From Halobacteriota archaeon (GTDB lineage Archaea > Halobacteriota > Syntropharchaeia > Alkanophagales > Methanospirareceae): a stretch of DNA of 60,644 nt. A program made the translations under genes and the position numbers. Below, piece after piece: positions 7,598 to 16,831 of this stretch. The first letter of the stretch is position 1. Every line of letters starts with the position of its first letter. A model generated the notes under the pieces. It was not told the DNA's origin. It saw only the letters and a list, made by a program, of their open reading frames with translations, and did not search any database. The stretch is taken from contig JBAQFZ010000142.1 of the NCBI GenBank assembly GCA_049287525.1, positions 1 through 60,644 of the forward strand, read 5' to 3'.

Positions 7598-9460
7598 GTG
7601 GCGGGCGAGATAAGAGAGTTAGAAACGTGGGCTAAACAGACATTCCATTATGCACTCATAGGTATTATGGTAGGTCTTGTCATAGTCTGTTTTTTTTTTG
7701 CTTTGGATTACTGCACCTCTCTGTTTCTGGGATTCCTCGGTGGGTACCATCCACCATTGCCAGGAAATGAGGCACATTTCTTCGCTTTCGCACCTCTCTT
7801 AGGTGACGCATTTACAAATCCTCGTTTGTTGATTCTGTTAGCGCTTATTCCGGCGTTGGGGGGATTGATATGCGGTATAATAAAATACAAACTTCTTCCT
7901 GTGGATAAGCCTGAACTACACGAGACTGACGTCTTCATAGATGCGTTTCACAATGAAAGAGGCGTAATAAAAGTCAGGAACGGATTGGTGCGGGGATTAT
8001 GTTCTGTGTTAACGATTGGCGCAGGAGGGAGTGTGGGGCGGGAAGGACCGAGTGCAATGCTGGGTGCGACGATAGGCTCGTTCTTCAGCAGAGTTCTAAA
8101 GTTAGAAGAGCGGGAAAGGAGGAAGATAGTAGCGGCGGCAGCGGGAGCCGGGATAGCAGCGATTTTTAAATCACCGCTTGGTGGTGCGCTCTTCGGTATT
8201 GAAACTTTGTACCGGCGAGATATGGAAATAGATGCGCTGGTTCCTGCAATAATATGCTCTATCGCTGCTTATAGTATCTCCTGTTCCTTCTTTGGATTCG
8301 GACATTTATTTGAAATAGGGGCTTATGACATTGAAGCTTTGTTAAAACCGTTCTCGTTACTGCTATTTCTATGTCTTGGAGTAGTGTGTGTTCCGTTTGT
8401 TATTATGTTTATTAAACTACTAGATTCATCGCGGTCTTTTTTCTTTGACAAATTGAAGATATTTGACTGGCTCAAACCAGCAATAGGTGGGCTTCTACTT
8501 GGCACCCTTTTCCTCTTCGGTTATCTCATCGTTAATCCCGGCTATGATGTAAAAACGGGAATTGGAGTAGCAAGTGGGATATTTGGTGGTGGGTACGGTT
8601 TTATACAACTGGCATTCTATGGAGAGCTCACGCTGAGCGTTTTGACGTTCATCACTGTTGCGAAGATTATAGGGACCGCGTTAACTCTGGGTTCGGGCGG
8701 TAGTGGCGGTTCATTTATTCCCGCGTTGGTTATGGGAACGGCGTTAGGAGGGGCAACAGGGCACATTCTCTCCCTGTTATTCCCCAGAACGGTAGCGAAC
8801 CCATGGTTATTTGCTCTTATCGGTGCTGCGGCATTCTTCGGTGCTGCTGCTAATGCACCACTTACCGCTCTTTTCATCGTGTGTGAAATCTCAGGTTCTT
8901 ATACGCTCTTCGTTCCTGCTCTACTCGCAATAATCCCCGCGTATTCGCTTGTAGGGCGGAGGACGATTTATCCGGAGCAATATGATATAAGGCGGGAATC
9001 GCCAGCACACAGAAGGGAGTTCATGGTGGATATACTGGAGGGCATAAAAGTGGCGGATGCCTATACGAAGGATGTGCTGACCATACCAGGGGATAAAACG
9101 GTGAAAGAGGGACTCCATTTCGCAGAGAAAACGGGACACATAACCTTCCCGGTGATGGATAAAACGGGTAAGTTAGTAGGAATAACGACCATAATGATGT
9201 TAGAAGAGGAAAGAGCGCAGGGGGCGGTCTATAAAAGGATAGATCAAATGTGCACGAAGGAAGTGATAGTAGCATATCCCGACGAATTTTTAGAGGACGT
9301 GCTGCAAAAGATGAACAAATATAATATAGGAAGATTACCGGTAGTGAGGGGGCAAGGAGAAGAGGAAGGGGAAGAACTGGTTGGAATAATAAGCAGGTCA
9401 GATATAATAAGAGAGCACTGCCGCAGGCAATCTCTTCTAAGAGAAGAAGGTTATTCTTAA
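7598..9460 (+). CDS. ClC-family chloride channel/antiporter with C-terminal tandem CBS domains
   Basis: ClC selectivity motifs GSVGREGP, GAALFGIE and GSGGSFIP. The CBS-like C-terminus includes VGIISRSDI. GTG start. Confidence 0.9.
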   Translation: MAGEIRELETWAKQTFHYALIGIMVGLVIVCFFFALDYCTSLFLGFLGGYHPPLPGNEAHFFAFAPLLGDAFTNPRLLILLALIPALGGLICGIIKYKLLPVDKPELHETDVFIDAFHNERGVIKVRNGLVRGLCSVLTIGAGGSVGREGPSAMLGATIGSFFSRVLKLEERERRKIVAAAAGAGIAAIFKSPLGGALFGIETLYRRDMEIDALVPAIICSIAAYSISCSFFGFGHLFEIGAYDIEALLKPFSLLLFLCLGVVCVPFVIMFIKLLDSSRSFFFDKLKIFDWLKPAIGGLLLGTLFLFGYLIVNPGYDVKTGIGVASGIFGGGYGFIQLAFYGELTLSVLTFITVAKIIGTALTLGSGGSGGSFIPALVMGTALGGATGHILSLLFPRTVANPWLFALIGAAAFFGAAANAPLTALFIVCEISGSYTLFVPALLAIIPAYSLVGRRTIYPEQYDIRRESPAHRREFMVDILEGIKVADAYTKDVLTIPGDKTVKEGLHFAEKTGHITFPVMDKTGKLVGITTIMMLEEERAQGAVYKRIDQMCTKEVIVAYPDEFLEDVLQKMNKYNIGRLPVVRGQGEEEGEELVGIISRSDIIREHCRRQSLLREEGYS

Positions 9461-9469
9461 GGATGGTGA

Positions 9470-10645
9470 GTGACGATGGAACGGAAGTCCGCAATCGAAA
9501 GAGCGAAGACGCACTTTGGGCTGATTGTAGAGGAACAACTGAAGAGGGTAGAAGTACTGAAAGTAGCGGCTGCTTGGATTGACTACCAGAAGGTAAAACC
9601 GATAGTAATAGGTTTTATTGGCGGTGATGGTATAGGACCTTATATCACGCGAGAAGCGAAGCGGATATTGGCATCTCTGCTGGATGAGCAGGTGAGAAAC
9701 GGTAAGGTCATGTTCAAAGAGATAGAAGGCTTAACCATAGAACATCGGGCAGAACTTATGCAATCCGTACCAGATGACGTGCTTGTCGAAATCAAGAGCT
9801 GCCAGGTGATTCTGAAAGGGCCCACGACTACACCCCGACAGGGTGACCCATGGCCTGATATAGAAAGTGCGAACGTCACTTTAAGACGAGAACTGGACAT
9901 GTTTGCCAATGTGCGACCTGTGAAGGTACCGGAGCAGGGCATAGATTGGATCTTCTTCAGAGAGAATACCGAAGGTGCTTATATCCTTGGAAGCCAGGGC
10001 ATAGACGTCACAGAGGACCTCGCAGTTGATTTTACGGTCGTTACCACGCAAGGTGCGGAGCGAATATTACGAATGGCATTTGATTATGCAGCGCGAAACG
10101 GTATCAACAGAGTAACCGTGGTGACAAAGGCGAATATATTAAAAGTAACAGATGGTAAGTTCCTCCGCGTGGCAGAGCTGGTAGCCCGGGAGTATCCTGA
10201 AGTCGCATGGGACCACTGGTTCGTGGACATCTTCAGTGCGAAACTGGTTGATCCGAAACGAAGGAAAGAGTTCAGGGTCGTTGTGCTTCCTAACCTGTAT
10301 GGAGATATTATCACAGACGAAGCCGCGGAATTTCAGGGCGGTGTGGGTACTGCTGGCAGTGCTAATATCGGAACACAATACGCAATGTTCGAGGCTATTC
10401 ATGGTTCCGCACCCCGGATGGTTGAGGAAGGACGTGCGGAATATGCCGACCCTGCAAGCATGTTGCGTGCTGCGGTGATGCTTCTACGGCACATTGGGTT
10501 CGTGGGCGAGGCGAAGCACCTGGAGATGGCACTTGACGTTTGCACGCAGGAGATACGCATCACAGGGCGTTCTGACGGGGCGACTGGTGCGGAGTTTGCG
10601 GATTACGTGATGGAACTGATTGAGAGTTATCAGCGTTTAGAATAG
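9470..10645 (+). CDS. Isocitrate/isopropylmalate dehydrogenase-family beta-decarboxylating dehydrogenase
   Basis: Motifs FRENTEGAY, NLYGDIITDEAAEFQGGVGTAGSANIG and FEAIHGSAP. Substrate (isocitrate, IPM or homoisocitrate) cannot be resolved. Alternative ATG at 9476. Confidence 0.85.
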   Translation: MTMERKSAIERAKTHFGLIVEEQLKRVEVLKVAAAWIDYQKVKPIVIGFIGGDGIGPYITREAKRILASLLDEQVRNGKVMFKEIEGLTIEHRAELMQSVPDDVLVEIKSCQVILKGPTTTPRQGDPWPDIESANVTLRRELDMFANVRPVKVPEQGIDWIFFRENTEGAYILGSQGIDVTEDLAVDFTVVTTQGAERILRMAFDYAARNGINRVTVVTKANILKVTDGKFLRVAELVAREYPEVAWDHWFVDIFSAKLVDPKRRKEFRVVVLPNLYGDIITDEAAEFQGGVGTAGSANIGTQYAMFEAIHGSAPRMVEEGRAEYADPASMLRAAVMLLRHIGFVGEAKHLEMALDVCTQEIRITGRSDGATGAEFADYVMELIESYQRLE

Positions 10646-10711
10646 AACCATCAGATACATCTAATTATATATAAAGACCAATCTAATAAGAAGTATTAAT
10701 CAATCTTAATC

Positions 10712-10954
10712 ATGTCAAAAGTAAAAGCAGCGAAGAAGGCGCAGAAAGCAGGGAAGAAAGGAGGTGGTGGCGGAAAAGGAGAAGAGCGTGGGCTTATGTC
10801 CTCCGCGGGGTTGATGCGATATTACGATGTGGAGGAGTCTGCGGTAAAAGTCTCGCCGAAGACGATAGTAATTATAGGCGTAGTCCTGGGAACTCTGATA
10901 ATAGGGTTGCACATATGGTGGACAATACGTTACGGTATTGGACCATGGACTTGA
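10712..10954 (+). CDS. secG: Preprotein translocase Sec61-beta (archaeal SecG)
   Basis: Basic N-terminus, conserved [10 protein letters not shown] motif and a single C-terminal TM helix. Confidence 0.8.
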   Translation: MSKVKAAKKAQKAGKKGGGGGKGEERGLMSSAGLMRYYDVEESAVKVSPKTIVIIGVVLGTLIIGLHIWWTIRYGIGPWT

Positions 10955-11403
10955 GTACAACGCATCGGCATGGCATGGTGGACATAAGTGGTAAAGAGGA
11001 TGTAGTGCGGATAGCGGTAGCTTCAGGTAAGATAAAATTGAAAAGCAGTACGGTTGAGCAGATAAAAGCAGGTACTATCACGAAGGGCGATGTACTCGGC
11101 TGTGCCGAAACTGCAGCGATATTAGCGGTGAAAAAAACGCCGGATGTAATCCCGCTGTGTCATTATATACTTATTGACGCGATAAACGTTGATTTCTCGA
11201 TAGGAGAAGACGAGATAAAAGCAGCAGTATCCGTGAAGTCAGCAGGAAAGACCGGCGTTGAGATGGATGCACTGTGCGGTGTGAGCGTAGCGCTGCTGAC
11301 GATATGGGACATGGTGAAATCGGCGGAGAAGGACGATACAGGGAATTATCCACATACCAGTATAGAGGCGATTCGGGTGGATAAGAAAGATAAAAGCGGA
11401 TAG
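10945..11403 (+). CDS. moaC: Cyclic pyranopterin monophosphate synthase MoaC
   Basis: Motifs MVDISGK, KGDVLG.A..A, IPLCH and KTGVEMDAL. The start is placed at MDLSTTH and overlaps the end of secG. Confidence 0.9.
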   Translation: MDLSTTHRHGMVDISGKEDVVRIAVASGKIKLKSSTVEQIKAGTITKGDVLGCAETAAILAVKKTPDVIPLCHYILIDAINVDFSIGEDEIKAAVSVKSAGKTGVEMDALCGVSVALLTIWDMVKSAEKDDTGNYPHTSIEAIRVDKKDKSG

Positions 11404-11424
11404 CTCGTATCCATCCGGAGGGGG

Positions 11425-11440
11425 GGTGGTTACGACCACC
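11425..11440 (+). terminator. Short GC hairpin after moaC (GGTGGT-tacg-ACCACC)
   Basis: 6-bp perfect stem about 20 nt after the moaC stop, followed by an A/T-rich tract. Confidence 0.3.
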
Positions 11441-11498
11441 TTCAAATAAAGATTCTTATTTATTACCAGAAAAATTTTGGTTAGGGAGGATAAAAATC

Positions 11499-11927
11499 AT
11501 GGGAGAAAAAGAGAGGGAGATAACAAAAGCTGTTAGAGAAGCGGTGGTGAACGCGGTTGAGAAGGGAGAAGACATAAAAGAAAAGGTAATTGGGATTACC
11601 CGGGACGCCGTTAAGAAGGCATTAGAGGGCGCCGAAGTTACACGTGAGAAAGTGGAATCCGCGGCTAAAGCTGCAATGAAAGGTGCAATTGAAGGCGCAC
11701 GGAAGGCAGAAGTGGAAGCTGCTGAAGTCACCAAAGGGGCTGCTGAGGGCATAATCGAAGGGACGAAGCAGGCTGGTGCCAAAGCTGCTGCCCTCGCGGA
11801 ACATGCAGCAGAAGCAGCTCTGGACTCCGCGAAAGAAGCGGGTGATAAGGCCGTGGAAGTGGTGAAAGGAGTTGTAAAAGGTCTTCTTGAAGCTGTCAAA
11901 GAGGTCTTAGAGAAGAAGAAAGAATAA
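11499..11927 (+). CDS. Ala/Glu/Lys-rich low-complexity helical repeat protein (142 aa)
   Basis: Good RBS (GGGAGGA). Degenerate repeats of the type KGAxEGAxKAxxEAA. No TM helix or known motif. Confidence 0.5.
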   Translation: MGEKEREITKAVREAVVNAVEKGEDIKEKVIGITRDAVKKALEGAEVTREKVESAAKAAMKGAIEGARKAEVEAAEVTKGAAEGIIEGTKQAGAKAAALAEHAAEAALDSAKEAGDKAVEVVKGVVKGLLEAVKEVLEKKKE

Positions 11928-11960
11928 TAAAATGGCGTCTTCGTCTTGATGATGGAGTTG

Positions 11961-13496
11961 TCATGGCATCCCACCCCCCAGTCCAAATAGTGAATTAATC
12001 CGGTGCAAAATTGGTATAGGTATCTCAGTGAGCCATAAAATACCAACGATAATGCAGAGAGAGGCAAGTGTTAATATCGGAATAAGCATGCTAAGAGGTA
12101 TTTCATCCATCCTCGAATGGCTTTCTTCTTCTTCTCCTTCTCCCCCCCTCATATACATTGTTTCTATCACGCGCCAGAAATATACGAGATTGAGAAGTGT
12201 GCTGAGCAGCATAACCGCCACAAATATGAATTTACCTGCATCTAAAGAAGCAAGTATTATATACAACTTTGATACAAATCCCACGCTCGGCGGCACTCCT
12301 ATTATTGAAATCGCCGCTAAAGTAAAAGCCGCGCACGTGTAGGGCATTTTCCTTCCCAAACCACGGAAATCCGCTATATCCCATAAATTAAACTTGTAAA
12401 TAAACGCACCAGCAACCAGGAACAAACATCCCTTCATCAATGCGTGGTTCAATACGTGCATCAATGCGGGTGTCAGTCCACACCAGGGGTAAGTAGTAGT
12501 GGAAATGGAAAGTCCCACTGCAAGCATGATGTAGCCCATTTGCGATACACTCGAATAAGCGAGCATCCTCTTCAAATTTACCTGCGCTATTGCAAGAATA
12601 GACCCTATGATTATGCCTAACGCAGCGATCCAGCAAAGAAAATCGAATATGAAGGGCAGGTACCCGGTGATAAATTTCAAAGTGAATACAGAGAATGTTA
12701 CTCTTATGAATGCGTAGGTGTAGACCTCGATGATGATACCGGAAAGCATTGCGCTTATTTCTGAAGGTGCGAAGGAATGCGCATCGGGTAACCACGTATG
12801 AAGCGGGAAGAGCGCCATTTTTAGGCTGAACCCAACGAGGATAAAGACATAAGCCGCCAGAACCATTCTATTATGGTATAAAGGTGGCAATAAAATTCTT
12901 AGATCAGCCATATTCAGCGAGCCGGTCACGGAATAGAGGAACCCTACGCCAAGCAAGTAGAAGCAAATGCCAATGGAGCCCATGACAAGGTAAGTATACG
13001 TTGCTCTTAATGCTCTTCCACCCGCAGTCGCTATTAATGCATACGCAGTCAGAGCTACTACCTCAGAAAGAACATACATATTGAAGACATCACCGGTAAC
13101 TACCACACCGCAAAGTCCTGCCACGAGGAGTTGGAAAAGTGTATAGTAGGTTACATGCTTCCTTTCTTCGAGCTTGTGCTCTTCGTACCGCTTTGAATAG
13201 AGCGCCGCCATGAAACTCAAGAAAAGCACGATCACCAAAATGTAGGCATTCAATACATCTACAACGTATTCTATACCCCAGGGCGGTCTCCATCCTCCTA
13301 ACCAGTAATGGATTGTTCCCACGGTAAGGACGTGGTGCAAGATGAAGAGGGACATAATGAGGTGGGAGAAGATGGTTGCGAGAGAGATATAGAAGCATGA
13401 TTTCCTCTTCACCAAGCCCGCGAGCAGAATAGTGTAACCAGCAAACACACCTGTGGTTACAATAAGCACGGGGAAATGTTCAACTATATTCAGCAT
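11961..13496 (-). CDS. mrpD: MrpD/NuoN-type proton/cation antiporter subunit, outlying paralog P1
   Basis: Multi-TM protein with Proton_antipo_M-type motifs (LKMALFPLHTWLPDAH, KRMLAYSS). The first 240 aa or so are nearly identical to the proteins at 22055-23593 and 23841-25421. Confidence 0.85.
   Translation of the reverse strand: MLNIVEHFPVLIVTTGVFAGYTILLAGLVKRKSCFYISLATIFSHLIMSLFILHHVLTVGTIHYWLGGWRPPWGIEYVVDVLNAYILVIVLFLSFMAALYSKRYEEHKLEERKHVTYYTLFQLLVAGLCGVVVTGDVFNMYVLSEVVALTAYALIATAGGRALRATYTYLVMGSIGICFYLLGVGFLYSVTGSLNMADLRILLPPLYHNRMVLAAYVFILVGFSLKMALFPLHTWLPDAHSFAPSEISAMLSGIIIEVYTYAFIRVTFSVFTLKFITGYLPFIFDFLCWIAALGIIIGSILAIAQVNLKRMLAYSSVSQMGYIMLAVGLSISTTTYPWCGLTPALMHVLNHALMKGCLFLVAGAFIYKFNLWDIADFRGLGRKMPYTCAAFTLAAISIIGVPPSVGFVSKLYIILASLDAGKFIFVAVMLLSTLLNLVYFWRVIETMYMRGGEGEEEESHSRMDEIPLSMLIPILTLASLCIIVGILWLTEIPIPILHRINSLFGLGGGMP
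12761..13496. repeat. Copy 1 of a dispersed repeat of about 0.73 kb (the 5' half of the mrpD paralogs)
   Basis: Long identical runs are shared with 22859-23593 and 24681-25412, for example CCCCAGGGCGGTCTCCATCCTCCTAACCAGTAA. Confidence 0.75.
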
Positions 13497-13699
13497 CGCT
13501 TTTATGTACCCCCGAAGATTTTAGAGTCTGTGTTACATGAAGGCATGCTCACCTATCAACATAATCCATATATAAATTTTCCTTTTTCCCGCGATGCCAA
13601 CAAAACCCGAAAGCTTTTTATTATCCTTTATCCTCATAGAAACTATCCTTCCTTTGCATGATATAAAGAAGGGATTGATAAGGGGATAAGACTCTGGAG

Positions 13700-14692
13700 A
13701 TGATCATAAAAGAATCCTTCGAGAAGGCGATGACGGATAAGCGAACTTTGGTAGTGATAGTGATTGTAGCGATTTTATGGCGCACTTTCATAAGTCTTAA
13801 TAAAGTGATTACTCTTCGGGAAAGTTTGTGCTCAGGTATTGTTCTTATCATATTTGGCTGGGTTCTCTTCGCTTACTTGTATCACTTGTTCACGCATCTT
13901 AAGGGCTGGGTAATCTCGAATTGGATTTGCCAGGGGATTGCCGTCAGCATGATCTCTATAAACATTTACGTTCTTATATACTACGGCATGAGATGGCTAA
14001 GATTACTATATGAAGAAGCTTATCAGCCCTGGGATTTCCTCTTCCGGGACATAAGGTATATTGCTTTAGTGGTGTTTTATTGCGGAATACTATGGTCGGC
14101 GAAGTATGTGAAGAAGGTTAATGAAGATTATATATCGCTGGCTAAAGAGAAGGCGCTTCTCCACATCATATCCACATATTTATACCCGAAGGTTAGAAAG
14201 CTGAGAGAAATGAGCATGAGAGAATTATTATGGACAGTGCTAACCGATGAACGAATACTATTAATAATGGTAGGCCTATCGTTTTTATGGCGACTGGTAA
14301 TAAGCATTGACCTCACCATAACCCTAAAGGAAAGCGTGTTTTCTGGGATGATACTTTTCATGGTAGGCTGGCTTTTTTTCGCTTACGTCTGGTCAATGTC
14401 ATGGAAACAAAAAGAGTGGTTAGACCTGATGAGAGTAAACCATGGTATTGCCATTGGGGTATTTGCCATAAACATTTATGTTCTTGTTTACTATGGAATG
14501 AGATGGTATCGAATGAGCATGGGCGCGGAAGTTTTTGTGCCACTGGATTTCCTCTTCCGTGATGCAAGATTCTTCGCGCTTGTGATATTCTACTGTGCAT
14601 CAATCGTGCTATCGAAGTTCATAAAAAGAGCATATGAGGAATATACGTTGTTATCCGCGTCTGCGGAAGCGAAGGAGCAGAGAGAGCAATAG
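13700..14692 (+). CDS. Internally duplicated polytopic membrane protein (2 x about 165 aa, about 8 TM helices), uncharacterised
   Basis: The two halves align clearly: ...LWRTFISLNKVITLRESLCSGIVLIIFGWVLFAY...INIYVLIYYGMRW...DFLFRDIRY against ...LWRLVISIDLTITLKESVFSGMILFMVGWLFFAY...INIYVLVYYGMRW...DFLFRDARF. Confidence 0.6.
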   Translation: MIIKESFEKAMTDKRTLVVIVIVAILWRTFISLNKVITLRESLCSGIVLIIFGWVLFAYLYHLFTHLKGWVISNWICQGIAVSMISINIYVLIYYGMRWLRLLYEEAYQPWDFLFRDIRYIALVVFYCGILWSAKYVKKVNEDYISLAKEKALLHIISTYLYPKVRKLREMSMRELLWTVLTDERILLIMVGLSFLWRLVISIDLTITLKESVFSGMILFMVGWLFFAYVWSMSWKQKEWLDLMRVNHGIAIGVFAINIYVLVYYGMRWYRMSMGAEVFVPLDFLFRDARFFALVIFYCASIVLSKFIKRAYEEYTLLSASAEAKEQREQ

Positions 14693-14695
14693 TAT

Positions 14696-15073
14696 ATGCA
14701 GAGGAAATTATCACATTCTGTGAGGATAAGATATTTCGATAAGAAGTTAGTGGAAGAATCGCTCAGTGGCTATCTGAAAGAGATAGAGAGGAAACATCCA
14801 GAAGTAGAGCGTGTGCTCCTCTTCGGCTCTTTTGTTCGGAATGAATGCGTGCCGGGAAGTGATATAGATTTGCTTATGATATTGAAAGAGTCAGAAGAGT
14901 CCTTCTTGAAAAGGATACCGCGCTTTTTACCTTCTCGGTTCCCGGTAGGGGTGGATGTATTTCCTTATACAGAGACGGAGGTGGAAAAGATGAAAGACGA
15001 AGGGAATTTCTTCATAAAGAAAGTATTAGAAGAAGGAGTGGAGGTTTTTCGTAAAAAGCGAAGAATAGGATAA
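14696..15073 (+). CDS. Minimal nucleotidyltransferase (MNT/Pol-beta superfamily) domain protein
   Basis: GS-x10-DxD motif within LLFGSFVRNECVPGSDIDLLMIL. Starts 3 nt after the preceding gene. No HEPN partner is adjacent. Confidence 0.75.
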   Translation: MQRKLSHSVRIRYFDKKLVEESLSGYLKEIERKHPEVERVLLFGSFVRNECVPGSDIDLLMILKESEESFLKRIPRFLPSRFPVGVDVFPYTETEVEKMKDEGNFFIKKVLEEGVEVFRKKRRIG

Positions 15074-15098
15074 AGAGATTTTTTCTTTTCCGTCAACG

Positions 15099-15121
15099 CT
15101 TTTCTTTTTCTAAAAGAAAAG
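15099..15121. terminator. Perfect 10-bp A/T-rich hairpin between convergent genes
   Basis: CTTTTCTTTT-tct-AAAAGAAAAG lies between the stops at 15073 (+) and 15128 (-). Confidence 0.5.
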
Positions 15122-15127
15122 GGTTGA

Positions 15128-16519
15128 TCATACAAAAGCGGTGAGCTTTAATTTAAGAGCTTCTTCCGTGATGATATTCTCCAGGCAATGTAATTTGGTA
15201 TCAGGGCGATTACAATAAAAGATGACACCCCGATCGAGCACAGTCATCTTAAAGTAATTTGTTACCATATGACCCAGCTCTGTGCCCAATACGCCCCCGG
15301 CAGGCATTGAAAATACTCCCACATTTTCCGCCTCCCTCATCTCCATTATCCAGTATGAGAATAGCTCTGCCATTCTCTCAAGGTTGCCCGGCGTTTTCAA
15401 CCGATAGTGATACTCCAGCAGATCCGTTCCGATGATAATCACGACCGGAGGCTCTAAATTGGAGATGAACTCTGTGAATATTGTAAAATCTTCCTCCATT
15501 GATTCGCCGTTCAAAACTTTCACGTTCTCTCTTACCTCTTTCTTCTCCTTCCTTATCTCAAAGATGGTGAAATACTTCAGATAATCCTCTCCCTTCACGA
15601 AGGGCAATATCCCCCTCCTTAACCTCCGCTCATCCCAACCACTACTCGGAATCTTCACAACATGAATCCCTTGTTGTATGCTGTTTATAATCATGTGCGC
15701 GATGATAGAATGGTATCCTAAGAGGGATAAATCATCTCCATATTCCACAATATGGGTGCTTCCCTTAGCCATCCCCCCTCCTAAAATCGTATCTATCCCC
15801 TCACATCCCGTGGATATGTATATAGCAGTATTTGGCACAACCTCAACTCTTCTCTCCTTCTCTATTTTCCGCCTCTGGAAAGGAGCGAAATAACGGAATC
15901 TGCCACCGTCTAAGGTAAACCCATATTTATGCTGGTCTATTCTGACGCCTCTGAGCTTCTTTAATACCAGTTCCCTCGCCCGCCGGTAATCTATGGTTAT
16001 CCGGCTTAGCTCCGCTATTCCGTCTACCATATAATCGAGCGGAGTAGTGCCAGCTGTTTCTGATATGAGTATCAAATTCATTTTGAATTCCGTTGCATAA
16101 CTCCTTATCAGGTCAGTTATCGCATCTTCCAGCACTTCCCGCTTCTCCTCCTTTCCACCTCCTATTATCGCCTCCCAGCTATCAATGACGAGTGTGGCGG
16201 GCTTCTCTGCCTCTACCAATTTAGTGTAAAGAATATCTGAGAAGGACCGTGGTCTTAGAAACGCTTTTGATGAGATATACAACTTCGTTGCATCTACCAC
16301 GCTAAAGCCGGGACGTTCTTCCAGCCATGGAAATTGGTTATAAAGAGCGGGGAGTGAGACTCGCGCTGAAAGATATACCGCATTCTCGCCCCCGAACTCG
16401 TCGAGCATCTCGAAGGCGAGCATCGTCTTCCCCGTTCCCGGCTCCCCCTTTATCAGCAGCGAATACCCAATACCCGCTGACAACGCCGCTCTCAATTCAG
16501 GTGGTATTTTGCTATTCAT
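15128..16519 (-). CDS. KaiC/RecA-superfamily (GvpD-like) two-domain ATPase; the second domain lacks a P-loop
   Basis: The N-domain has Walker A GEPGTGKT and Walker B ATLVIDSWE. The C-domain keeps the KaiC-like entry ISTGCEGIDTILGGGMAKGS but reads HIVEYGDDLS where a P-loop is expected. Confidence 0.75.
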   Translation of the reverse strand: MNSKIPPELRAALSAGIGYSLLIKGEPGTGKTMLAFEMLDEFGGENAVYLSARVSLPALYNQFPWLEERPGFSVVDATKLYISSKAFLRPRSFSDILYTKLVEAEKPATLVIDSWEAIIGGGKEEKREVLEDAITDLIRSYATEFKMNLILISETAGTTPLDYMVDGIAELSRITIDYRRARELVLKKLRGVRIDQHKYGFTLDGGRFRYFAPFQRRKIEKERRVEVVPNTAIYISTGCEGIDTILGGGMAKGSTHIVEYGDDLSLLGYHSIIAHMIINSIQQGIHVVKIPSSGWDERRLRRGILPFVKGEDYLKYFTIFEIRKEKKEVRENVKVLNGESMEEDFTIFTEFISNLEPPVVIIIGTDLLEYHYRLKTPGNLERMAELFSYWIMEMREAENVGVFSMPAGGVLGTELGHMVTNYFKMTVLDRGVIFYCNRPDTKLHCLENIITEEALKLKLTAFV

Positions 16520-16560
16520 ATTTTTAATAGTATAGATTCATAAATAAAAGCCTTTTGATT

Positions 16561-16827
16561 TCACGGTGGGAAAAGCTCTTCACGATAGAGGATAACCACT
16601 CTGAGTGCGTAAAAGAATATATACGCCATCACACAGAGAAGAACGAATAGCACACCCATGAAAAGACCGAAATAATAGCCTAAATTCTCCACTTCTACTT
16701 CAGGGCAAGTTTCCTTTATTAATTCCAGTGTCTCAGGGTCACATGAACCAAAATTACGCATGAGGCTAATGACGCACCCCGGGCATTTAATAAAACATTT
16801 CACCGCACTGCTGAATTTTCCCCCCAT
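16561..16827 (-). CDS. Small Cys-rich tail-anchored membrane protein (88 aa)
   Basis: The N-terminal soluble part contains five Cys (CFIKCPGC...SC...TC). One C-terminal TM helix (FGLFMGVLFVLLCVMAYIFFYAL). Confidence 0.45.
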   Translation of the reverse strand: MGGKFSSAVKCFIKCPGCVISLMRNFGSCDPETLELIKETCPEVEVENLGYYFGLFMGVLFVLLCVMAYIFFYALRVVILYREELFPP

Positions 16828-16831
16828 CTTC

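Noticed and set aside
7690-7699. T10 homopolymer inside the ClC channel gene, considered as a possible slipped-strand phase-variation site.
   Set aside because: It is read in frame as Cys-Phe-Phe-Phe within a TM helix and the ORF is intact. There is no evidence of switching from a single sequence.
11456-12067. 203-aa minus-strand ORF rich in Ala, Ser, Thr and Phe.
   Set aside because: It is the antisense reading of the low-complexity A/E/K-rich gene at 11499-11927 and also overlaps the 3' end of mrpD P1. This is a typical mirror-ORF artefact.
12388-13398. Alternative-frame minus-strand ORFs (12388-12795 and 13090-13398) within mrpD P1. Similar ORFs occur inside other antiporter genes (for example 19835-20266 and 25464-25799).
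   Set aside because: They lie out of frame inside long, well-supported membrane-protein genes. Their Arg/His/Cys-rich composition indicates they are not coding.
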